Below, piece after piece: positions 12,839-24,800 of a stretch of 64,000 nt of DNA. The stretch's first letter is position 1; each line of letters begins with the position of its first letter. The notes under the pieces were generated by a model. That model was not told where the DNA came from and did no database searches. It worked only from the letters and a program-made list of their open reading frames with translations. The DNA is from Lytechinus pictus (taxonomy: Eukaryota): assembly GCF_037042905.1 (NCBI RefSeq), contig NC_087259.1:20212001-20276000 (forward strand), read 5' to 3'. Position numbers and translations under genes: made by a program.

Positions 12839-15800
12839 ATGTCTGAGGAGGATGGAGGACCTGCCTTGAAGAAACCAAGGGTCCACTATGGTTCCCTGGA
12901 GGAGCATCTCAAGAAACCTGATGCCTCTGATGCTATCAACATGGGTCTCGAGGCAGGCAATATTAACCTCTCCAGTGGTGAGTTATGACTGTACGCAGAA
13001 TACATTCACTTGCAGTGAGCTTGGCTTAGATTGAAGAAGTGGGAGAAACATATGAAAAAAAGTTCCTATTGATCAAATTGACCTAAAGCCTGGGTTTTTG
13101 TCTCACCTGCATAGCAGAGTGAGACTATAGGCGCCGCTTTTCCGACGGCGGCGGCGACGGCGGCGGCGGCGTCAACACCAAATCTTAACCTGAGGTTAAG
13201 TTTTTGAAATGACAGCATAACTTAGAAAGTATATGGACCTAGTTCATGAAACTTGGCCATAAGGTTAATCAAGTATTACTGAACATCCTGCCTGAGTTTC
13301 ATGTCACATGACCAAGGTCAAAGGTCATTTAGGGTCAATGAACTTAGACCATGTTGGGGGAATCAACATCAAAATCTTAACCTAAGGTTAAGTTTTTGAA
13401 ATGTCATCATAACTTAGAAAATATATGGACCTAGTTCATGAAACTTATACATAATGTTAATCAAGTATCACTGAACATCCTGCATGAGTTTCACATCACA
13501 TGACTAAGGTCAAAGGTCATTTAGGGTCAATGAACTTTGGCCGAATTGGGGTATTTGTTGAATTACAGCCATAAATTTGAAAGTGTGTTGGTCTAGTTCA
13601 TAAAACTTGGACATAAGGTTAATCAAGTATCACTGAACATCCTGTGCAAGTTTCAGGTCACATGATCAAGGTCAAAGGTCATTTAGGGTCAATGAACTTT
13701 GGCCAAATTGGGGTATTTGTTGAATTACAGCCATAAATTTGAAAGTGTGTTGGTCTAGTTCATAAAACTTGGACATAATAGTAATCAAGTATCACTGAAC
13801 ATCCTGTGCGAGTTTCAGGTCACATGATCAAGGTCAAAGGTCATGTAAGGTCAAAGAACTTTGGCCACGTTGGGGGTATTTGTTGAATTGCCATCATATC
13901 TCTATAAGTGTATTGGTCTAGTTCATAAAACGTGGAAATAAGAGTAACCAAGTATCACTGAACATCTTGTGCGAGTTATAGTAGTTTTCAAAATCAGCAC
14001 TGCTGCTATATTGAATCGCGTGATGCAGGTGAGACGGCCAGAGGCATTCCACTTGTTAAACATTTCATTTTATCTTGAACAAATAGCAATGCATTATTGA
14101 TAATATGATAGCAATCAAACTGTCTTGTTGTTTTTATTTGCAGGTGAAACATTTGATATGGAAGAACACATCAGTGAAAGAAGAAAAGAATTATTGGCAG
14201 AATTTGAAAGAAGGAGAAAGGTTTGTGTATTCTACTTTATGTTATTCAAATTTTAACTAATTATATTAATATTCTAAAATGTAGGAACTGCTTTTTTCAA
14301 ACTGTACCTGCATTCCCAAAATGTATTTCTTCAGACTTTTACATTTTGCGGTGGGTGGTCACTTAGAAGTTTGTTTCTTTTGTAAAGAGATTTTTTTAAA
14401 TCTTGATTTATTCTGATTTCATTCTTCAATTCAGGCAAGACAAATCACAGTTTCAACAGATGATTCTGAAGTAAAGGCACAACTGAGGAAATATGGAGAA
14501 CCTATTTGTAAGTAACTTTTATCTGAATAATAACTTGTGTGAGTAAACTTGATATGCTTATGCTTTACTTTGTTTGGAGTACAACTATTGTATATGAATT
14601 TGATTTTGAGATTATGATGTTAATCGAATTGCTGTTTGCAAATATTTTGAATGATATTTTGGAACTTCTATGGCCTCTGAATAATACATGTGCCATGATG
14701 TATATTTTGAACAAAAAAGTTGCATTCTTTGTTACAGGACAAGTCCACCCCAACAAAAAGTTGATTTGAATAAAAAGCGAAAAATCCAACAATCATAACA
14801 CTGAAAATTTCATCAAAATTGGATGTTAAATATTTTAAAGTTTCGCTTAATTTCACATAACAGTTGTATATGCACATCCTGGTAGGTATGCAAATGGGGA
14901 GACTGATGATGTCACCCACTCACTATTTCTTTTGTATTTTATTATATAAAATATATAAAATATTCGAGTTTATAAAACAAAATAAAAAAACTTTAAAATG
15001 TCATGACTTTCTTATTTTACATCCGATTTTAGTTATATTTTCAGCGTTAAGCTAGTTTGATTTTTCTCTATTTATTCAAATCAACATTTTTCTGGGGTGG
15101 ACTTGACCTTAAAGAAGTGCTCCTAATTGTAAAACAATTTCATTTCTTAATGAGATGTATTTATTTGCATGTGTGGGCTTGTGTATTTTTATTAGGTATA
15201 TTTGGGGAAGGCCCGGCTGAGAGACGAGAGAGGCTTCGTCATCTCCTTGCTGCTCTCGGGGAGATGGCCGACCAAGACAAACAAGCCAAGAAAGCCAGCA
15301 AAGAGAAGGCCAAAGCTGATCAAGCGGTAAGAAGTGTGAGGTTTTGTTTAATTTAAATGGGATTCAATGCCTTTCAAATTTGAAACTCTTGGGCTAAATT
15401 CTTGGCTTTGTATTGGCATGGCATTCATCTGAGGCCTTTGGATTATGTTTCATATCACACTTGTTGTGGAACTTTGAAAATATGTACAATGTTACAATGT
15501 CCTCAATGATCTCTCTATTATTTTACTTTGCATTGTCAGTCTCATGCTTTTGTTTTTTCCTTATTGATTCAAATCCGCTTGATCCTAGGGTGGACTTGAC
15601 CTTTAAAAATCTTCAGTTAAGTCTTTTTCCCACTTTGAATTAACACATTCGAAGTATAAGAAATATGAGCTTTATCATTCATACATTTTGTGGCATCTCT
15701 CTCAATCTTATCTAGACAATTCCATGTGGTTTTTTATGACCAACCTATTCCAATACTGATGTGCTCTTTTTTAATCTTATATTGTATGTATGATATTTAA

Positions 15801-18800
15801 TCTTTAATTGCTCAAGTTTAATTAAGTGTTCATGCGATTGTATGATAGATGTTATGTTTTATTGGAATTAAATAAGAGAATCAACTTGAATTGAACTACA
15901 TTAAAGGTCAAGTCCACCCCAGAAAATTGTTGATTTGAATCGATAGAGAAAAATCAAAGAAACATAACGCTACAAATTTCGTCGAAATCACATGTAAAAT
16001 AAGAAAGTTATTACATTTTTAAGTTTCGCTTATTTTTCACAAAACAGTTCAATGCGCAACTCAGCGATATGCAAATGAGAGAGTCGATGATGTCCATCAC
16101 TCACTATTTCTTTTGTTTTTTATTGTTTGAATAATTAATACAATATTTCAAATTTTACAGATTTTGCAATAAGGACCAACTTAACTTAACCATAAACTGT
16201 TAAAATAATGGTAATTGCACATGTTCAGGGAGAAATAAAACTTTGTTGCACTTGGCAAGGAGGAGAAAATTAGAATATTTCATATAATAAAATACAAAAG
16301 AAATATTGAGTGGGTGACGTCATCAGTCTGCCAATTTGCACACCGACCAGGGTGTGCATATAACTGTTTTGTGAAATTAAGCGAAACTTTAAAATGTCAT
16401 AACTTTCTTATTTTACATCCGATTTTGATGAAATTTTCAGTTTTTTGCTTGTTGGATTTTTCTCCCTTTTTTCAAATCAATTTTTTTTTGGGGTGGACTT
16501 GTCCTTTAACTGTAAATAATTTTTCATTTTTATAGGAAAAGCAAACTACGTGGTATCATGAGGGTCCTGCGAGTCTGAAAAATGCCAGACTGTGGATTGC
16601 TGAGTATTCTTTACCAAGGTGAATAAACTTCATTTGTCTTCATTTGAATAATATTCTCAAATATTATTCCAGGGTTCCCAGCCCATCAGGGAAATCAGGG
16701 AAAATTGTTTTACTTTTTTCCAGTCTGGAAAAAATCAGGGAATTTGATAAAAGAAAATCAGGGGAAAATGCCTCAAATGAGAGAAAACTCAGGGAATGTT
16801 TATCAGCCCAAAAGTTGAAAGCACGGTTGTCAGTCAGACTCGGTTATATTTTTGTTTGCATATCAAAACAATATCCATTGAATGACTGGTTATGGTGGTA
16901 CTAATTAGTTTTACACTATTGTTTTTATAATGAAAATACATGTAATTCACTGCAACAACTTAGAAAACATGCGAAACTGGGAATTGGTTCAAATAATTAT
17001 CAGGGAATTTTAAAACTTCATCAGGGAAAAATCAGGCAATTTTGTTTTCTTGAAAAGCTGGGAACCCTACTTATATATATACACAGCACATGTATATTTA
17101 CAAAGTAACACTGTGTTTCATATGCGTTCTATCTCACTACCATTATCTAAGATGCATAAACTTAATTTGATCACTGGAGGGTTTTATTTATTAATGATAT
17201 TATTTGTTTGTTTTTTCTGGAAAGTCATGGAAAATGATTAATCCAAGAATTTTCTAGTGATGGAAAATTTCTGCTTGGAACAGCCATGCTTCTATGGTAC
17301 CCGAGCATTTTTTTTTCTCTTTATGAAATAAAAGTCATAATTATCAGTGTATTTGCCTATTCAGTGCCTAAAACTTACTTTGTCAGCAGTCTATAATAAT
17401 TCTACCACAATGCAGCATTTTTTATCTAGGAAATAGCAGGGTTATTACCTGCTCTTCTATTCAAAGAATAATTCACGTCAAAGATACTACAAGGGGAAGA
17501 TCGGACACTTTGGCGATTTTTTTGAAACGCTTGATAAATCTTAATGGGGAAGGGCACCCACTAGCGCTAAGTAAGCAAACCTTCACACATCAGTGCGCTG
17601 CTGTGTATAAAACATATGGGGGAAAATGAGAGGGGATTTCGGAGAGGGCACAAGGGCGGCGCATGAGAATAATTCTGTCTTTTATTACCCAGAAACCTCT
17701 GAAATATATTCATCTCTAATTTAAGGGAAAACAATTTCTCTCACATGTTTTGTACACAACCATATCGCGATATGCAAAGGTAAAAAGAGGTTACTTACTC
17801 AACGCTGTAGGGCGCTCTTCCCGAGCGTTTCATTGAGCGGTCTATGTACTGTCCGATCTTCCCCTTTTAGAAGTATATTTGTTCATGTCAGATCCCCATT
17901 TACCTAAATACCTGGCTTAAATGCAGCAATTTTATTCAGAGAATTTTAAAGACAAGTGAGTTAATGAACCCCTGTCTATATTGTTTTCGTTTTAAAAAAT
18001 AAGGTTTACCATTTTAAATTGGTTTGAGGTCCTTCTCACTGTATATAATTATCCCCATGGTTGCAATCAAACAAATTGTAAGTTTTTTTTTTTATGATAT
18101 TTACCATACTTCTCATAAATATCTTTTCAGAATTTATGCATTATTGAAGTTTTGTATTCCTTGAAATTGTTTTGTATTTGAAGCATAATGTTCATGATTG
18201 TTGGTTGTTTTTCATGATCTGTTATCATGCCGATGTATTTCACATTTAAGGGGTACAAATTTCTATTTGATGGACAATAAATAAATATATGTACTGAAAA
18301 AAAAATCATGTTTTTATTCCTCTGGGACAGAGCTGATAAGAGGTTACAGGAAGCAGCAGAAACCATGAGGATTCCGGAATCTCAGTCAAACGCAAGGAGA
18401 CAAGAATTACACAGAAAAGCCAGAGTAAGTACTACAAAATGATTCTAAATAACATATTTCTGTTTTCCTTTGAACTTCCTCAGAATATGAATTTTCTGTT
18501 ACTGTTGAAGACTCTTCCAGAACTTGGCAGAGTAGCTTTCCGCCACATATCAACGCCGAGCTTGTATAAAACCAATCACATCGGAAACTTTTAGAATTTA
18601 ATTATTAAAAGTTAATTAAGCATAGTGGCTGACCTTGTAGATGACATTAATTACTGTCAGGTAGTCTACTCTCAGGCCTTTGTGAGGGGGGGGGGGGTTA
18701 AAGTAGAGATAATGGCTAAGCAGCAATTCAAACCCATAATCTCAAATCATGAATCAATGCTCTAACCACTAGACCACATGACCTTTTAATGATCCATTGT

Positions 18801-21800
18801 GCATTTTTTTTTGTATTGAAGTGGATTCACATGTGCTGTGTATAATACTTTCTCGTCATCTAATATATATTTTCATTTCCTTTTAATGATGTTTTCTTTG
18901 TCTTGATAGAGTCTAACAGCAATAGGTAGTCAGGTTGGAGACCAAAGGCCTATCTCTTATTGTCGGTTCAGCCCTGACTCCAGATTACTTGCCACAGCTT
19001 CATGGTAAGTTTTCTGTTCTTTTTTTTTGTTTTTTTACTTAGCTCTCTCTCTTTTCCTTTATTCCCTCTTTTTATTATTCATTTCATGTTATGCTTTCGC
19101 TCTTAAAGCAATGATTAAATATTTTACAAATTGGCTCCACTGTGCCATGTCAATAACAATCAAAATTTCTGGATGTAAATTTCCACAGAAAGCATTAACG
19201 TTGTCATCAGGATTGATGGGGGTGGGGGTTAAAGTGATGTATAGACCCCCCCCCCTGATATGATGTAGATATAACAAGTATATAGCAAAAATGAAATGAA
19301 AACAAAATCAAGGTAAATAGCATTTCTTTACTCGGTATAGACCTGCTTTCTCCCGTACACAGTGCTTTCTTTTGTGTCGACAGGTCTGGTAGATATCAGT
19401 CACAGAATTTATAGAAATATAATGTCTATTTCTTCTTGGTCATTTGTAGGAGTGGTCTGATCAAGCTGTGGACTTCACCAGACTTCAATCTGTTCAAGAC
19501 ACTGAGAGGCCACAATGCCCATGTGGGCTGTGTGGTGTTCCACCCTCAAGCTACCCTCTCGCTCTCCCCCAACGCCTGCTGCATGGCTTCTTGCTCGGCA
19601 GACGGTGCGGTCAAACTCTGGAACTTTGAAAGGTAGTTTCATCAAATGAATACATACAGATTATTAAATGTAATTTGAAGATGTGATGATCATTGGTGGT
19701 GGTGATAGTGCTGCTGCTGCTGAAGGAAATGATGGAGATTAGTATGATGATGAAGAAGAGGAAGAGGAGGAGAACGATGATGATGTTGGTNNNNNNNNNN
19801 NNNNNNNNNNNNNNNNNNNNNNNNNNNNNNNNNNNNNNNNNNNNNNNNNNNNNNNNNNNNNNNNNNNNNNNNNNNNNNNNNNNNNNNNNNNNNNNNNNNN
19901 NNNNNNNNNNNNNNNNNNNNNNNNNNNNNNNNNNAGGAGGGGGAGGATGACGGTGATAGTTGATTTTGATATTAGGATGATAATCATATTTTTGTCAAGA
20001 TTCATTTTCAGATTTTGAAATTATGCATTGATAAAATCATCATAATTTCACACACAGAGTATTTTGTATTTAATCTAAAAAATCATTTGATTGGTTCCAT
20101 TGATGACAGTGTAGGTAATAACCAACTGTTGATTCTTTTCTTGAAACACAGTGATGAACCCATTGCAAACATAGAAGGTCATGAAGCAAGGGTGAGCAAA
20201 ATAGAGTACCACCCATCAGGAAGATTCCTTGGTACTGCTTGGTAAGATCAGAATTACTCTGCCTCCTCTTATATTTATTAAGCAATAATGATCCATAATA
20301 CCTTTTTCTGTTTTACAATGGAATACACGTACGTTAATCTTATCTAATAGAGGATCTAATAATTTGAAAGAACAAAACTTTCCCAGGGTCATGGAAAACT
20401 TTTCCAGGGGCTGGGGATAAACTCCTTCCTCATCTCTCATGCTTTCTTTTCTTTCTCTCCCACCCCATCCCTCCTTTCTTTCCCTTCTCTATCTCTCTGA
20501 CTAAAACAAATCATAAGCTTCATAATGATATACTATTTCGAAATGTATCAACTTAGTTGAATATTGAAGGATTTGAGAGACAGATTCAGAATCAAAGAAC
20601 GTTGTTCAGGTTCACTGGAGCATGAGATGTACCATCCATAGAAACTCTCAGGACCGGCAGTCCAACATCTGCTCTCAGCAAAGACTCGATGCAAATTAAA
20701 TTATTGTAATTCTTGTTTATTTGAGCTTCATTTATTCATGTTTTAACCACAGATGGGGAAGGGTTATTTTTTTATATAAGCTAATTTTCTTAATTTAGGG
20801 TTTTAACATTTACTATTTGGCTTATTAAGAGTTTGGAGCTTGATGGTCACAGGTCATGTATCAAGGGCCTCCTCCCATTCCCCTTGAATAATTGCCTCAG
20901 TGACCTGTACTGTGTATACAGAGTCTTTTATATCTTGTTGTTTCTACCAACCAACTTGTGCAATTCCGCTTCTCTTCTCCAGCTTTGACTCCTCCTGGAG
21001 ACTGTGGGATCTTGAGGTACAGGAGGAGATTCTCCACCAGGAGGGCCACAGTAAAGCAGTCTACTCCATCGACTTTCAGAAGGATGGTGCTGTATGTGCA
21101 ACAGGGTATGTATCACAGCTTAGGACTTGGTGTCTCATAACGATTGATGATGATGATGAGGAGCAGGAGGAGGATGAGGATGATGATGAAAATCGCTGGA
21201 TTTGTGCCAGGGGATACTAACACAACTATTATTACCCCGTTTTTGGCTACCACTTTATCAGTGGTACTCTCAAGTTCTGGAACTTTGAATGGTAGTTTCT
21301 TCTATTGAATACAGACTATTAAGCAATGGTCATTTGTGGTGGTGATAATGGTGGTGATTGGTATGATGATGATGATGATGATAATGATGTTAATGATGNN
21401 NNNNNNNNNNNNNNNNNNNNNNNNNNNNNNNNNNNNNNNNNNNNNNNNNNNNNNNNNNNNNNNNNNNNNNNNNNNNNNNNNNNNNNNNNNNNNNNNNNNN
21501 NNNNNNNNNNNNNNNNNNNNNNNNNNNNNNNNNNNNNNNNNNNNNNNNNNNNNNNNNNNNNNNNNNNNNNNNNNNNNNNNNNNNNNNNNNNNNNNNNNNN
21601 NNNNNNNNNNNNNNNNNNNNNNNNNNNNNNNNNNNNNNNNNNNNNNNNNNNNNNNNNNNNNNNNTTCAACTATTTATTGAAACAGACGGGTTTGATACAT
21701 GAAGGGTATGGGATCTGAGGACACAACATTTGTAATGTGTGTATCTAACCATTTTCTTTTTAGTGGAATGGATGCCTTTGGTAGGTTATGGGACCTGAGG

Positions 21801-24800
21801 ACAGGACGATGTATCATGTTCTTGGAGGGTCATCTCAAGTCAGTACTAGCGGTCAACTTCTCACCAAACTGGTAAGTGACCATCGCAATATTCCACAACA
21901 TGGCCACGAAGGATTTTTCTTTCATTATAGCTACTTGGTGTAGAAATTAGGCCTGACTTGAAATGGATATTTCAATATTCGGATACCCGACACTGAAAAC
22001 CGGACGGCGTACAGGTATCCGAAATTTTACCCTGAAATATAAAAAATAATATCCATTTGCACTTATTTGAGTTATATTTAAGATTTTCAGTTATATTTGA
22101 GTTTTGAACCTATCCGATGATGGCGAGAGTCAGCGTGCGCTAATTAAAATATTTCTGAAAACCACGAAATTACGAGAAGCTGAATATTTTGGGTTGAATC
22201 TGTTTTGCAATCCGATTTGACTAATGTGAGTTAGCGTGAGGCTACGGCTACAAATGTAGATCGTATGACTGTGTAAGCTATTAGTAAATGACTATTATAT
22301 GAGTTATACAAGTCGGGCCTAGTTACGATCCCATTTAATGGTTGCGAGAGTATGTGTGTTTATTTTTAAGTTCCGATCGGATGAAATAAGATGCAATGAA
22401 TTTGACCGCGAGGCGAGTGTAAGTGTGAGTCTACTATTACTAAAAGTCTAAAACCAGACAGGCCTACATCATTCAGCTCACGCACGTGCTGTCCTGTCTG
22501 GACGTGTCTGGAGTGAATCGTCCGATATATATTTGGTCACATTACACTCGCTACACCTTCAAATGGGATCGTACTTGGAATATTTTCATTTTCATGTCCG
22601 GTTTCTCCCCATTCCCCAAATTATAGCCAAGCTTCTCATTTCTCAACTTCTGAAACATAATCACACTTCTAACAAAGATTCAAGACAAGATTTAATCACA
22701 GTAACAGTAACTAATCACTTACATTCATCACCAGTAAGTTTTACTGCAAAACACGTCGATTCACAACCGACCACATACTCGGCGGGCACACATCATAAAC
22801 CTTTCTGGCACGATACCGCCTTTGAAGTATTGTTGTTTACGTGATGATGGATATCAAAATTTATAGTGGATATGCCATTTAAACTGAAATAAAAGAAAAT
22901 GTGTGTTTTGTAATTTATATATTAAATAATTTGTCAACAACAAGAGAGGAGATAATACTTCTCTGGGGACTTATTTAAAGCCGATAGGAATTAAATCTAA
23001 TGAGTGCCACGCGAGCATCCCAATGGGTATAATTCTTTTCAAACAACTATCCTAAAAGAAAGTTTCTATAGTCAGATAATGCCTGACGCTGGAGAGAAAC
23101 CAGTTATATACACAAATTCAATACATATACGAGCATCTTTATTTATAAACATACCTATAATTAGAAATTTAGGTGATAAGAAGAATATCAGGCATACTGC
23201 TAGCGAGCAATATTTCTACCAGAATAAAATATGAAGTTTTGATCCTGATATAAGTTTCTACGAACAAGTTATCAAAATATAAACATACGTGAACAATTTA
23301 AAATTTGCAATAACACAAATACAATTGACATCTAGATAATGGACAGTTTCATTCTAATTAATCATTTCTTGAACTGTCATTAATCATTATTAATGACAGT
23401 TCAAGAAAGAAAAGGGATGATTCATTATTTCGGATTTGATAAATAAATCAAAAGAAACAAAATAAAACAGCCAATCAACATGTATTTGACGTTTACATGA
23501 TTTCAAAATTATCTTCATTCTTCATTCATATCGAAAGTTGATGTGAGAAAAAAGTACTGAAAATGAATATGTCGTTACGCATTTCAATTTAAATAAATTA
23601 CAAAAAACAACATGACACATGCAGCCAACATTCATTCGACGTTTTCATAGTTTCAAAAATAATCATCTTCATTTGTAACAAAAGTTGCCGTGAGAAAAAG
23701 TAGAATTCATTTTGTATATGATGAATAAATCACAAAAACAACATGACACACGCAATCAACATTTATTCGACGTTTTCAACTTTTCATAGTTTCAAAAATA
23801 ATAATCTTCATTTGTAACCAAAGTTGCTGTGAGAAAAAGTAGAATTCATTTTGCATTTGATGAATAAATTACAAGAAACAACATGACACACGCAATCAAC
23901 ATTCATTCGACGTTTTCAACTTTTCATAGTTTCAAAAATAATCATCTTCATTGGTAACCAAAGTTGCTGTGAGAAAAAGTAGAATTCATTTTGCATTTGA
24001 TGAATAAATAACAAGAAACAACATGACACACCCGAGTAACCCGATCAACATTTATTTGACGCTTAAATGGTTTCAAATTATCTTCATTCTTCACTCGCAT
24101 TGAAAGTCGAGGTAAGAAAATATACGATGAGTTACGCATTTGAAATCATCAAAACATAAGACGGGAAAGAAAAACGATCTTAAGCGACACCATAGTAAAA
24201 TCGCCATTGTTGTCAGAATGGAACTTTACTCCATTCACGGACGGTCATGCTCCAAAACTTATATAAGGTCATGTTTCAAAACTGATATAAAAACGATGGT
24301 TTTCGGCGGGAATATATTACCGAAGAAGATTAATTGATATTGGTGATTATATTGGCGACTAAAACTTATAAATTTTATTGGTGAGTCTTACTAAATTTAA
24401 TGAGTTTTTGTGACAGGAAAGTGGTGAATCAGTGTCCACGGATACCCGAACCCGAAAAATGAAAACCGTTATCCGTCCATGCGGGCGGAAACCGTTCGGA
24501 TATCCGTTTGGTGGCAGCACTAGTAGAAATATAAGCATATCGACTGGTCTTATTGTATACTACCAATTTTCTCAAGTCATTATGATATTGTGTACTTATC
24601 TTCTTTTTGATGTTCTATTAATTATCATCATTACAGACCAGTCCTGTTTACATGTAGCTTGGTCGGGGAGGGAGACCCTCAGGTCACAGTTATCAAGTTA
24701 GCTTTTGTCAAACCAGGCAGCTAAGCTATATGTTCCTACCCACAGTTCTGTTTTTATTAATATATTGTTAAATCATTATTGTATATATATTGTAATTGCC

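Noticed and set aside
19693-21718. ORFs containing X runs
   Set aside because: Artefacts of N gaps and GAT microsatellites.
22841-22890. Possible box C/D snoRNA (GTGATGA...CTGA)
   Set aside because: Too short, no terminal stem, and located inside a transposon.
23470-24125. Periodic repeats resembling a CRISPR-like array (also HINE units and 35331-35590)
   Set aside because: Units repeat along their whole length with no unique spacers, the context is eukaryotic, and there are no cas genes.
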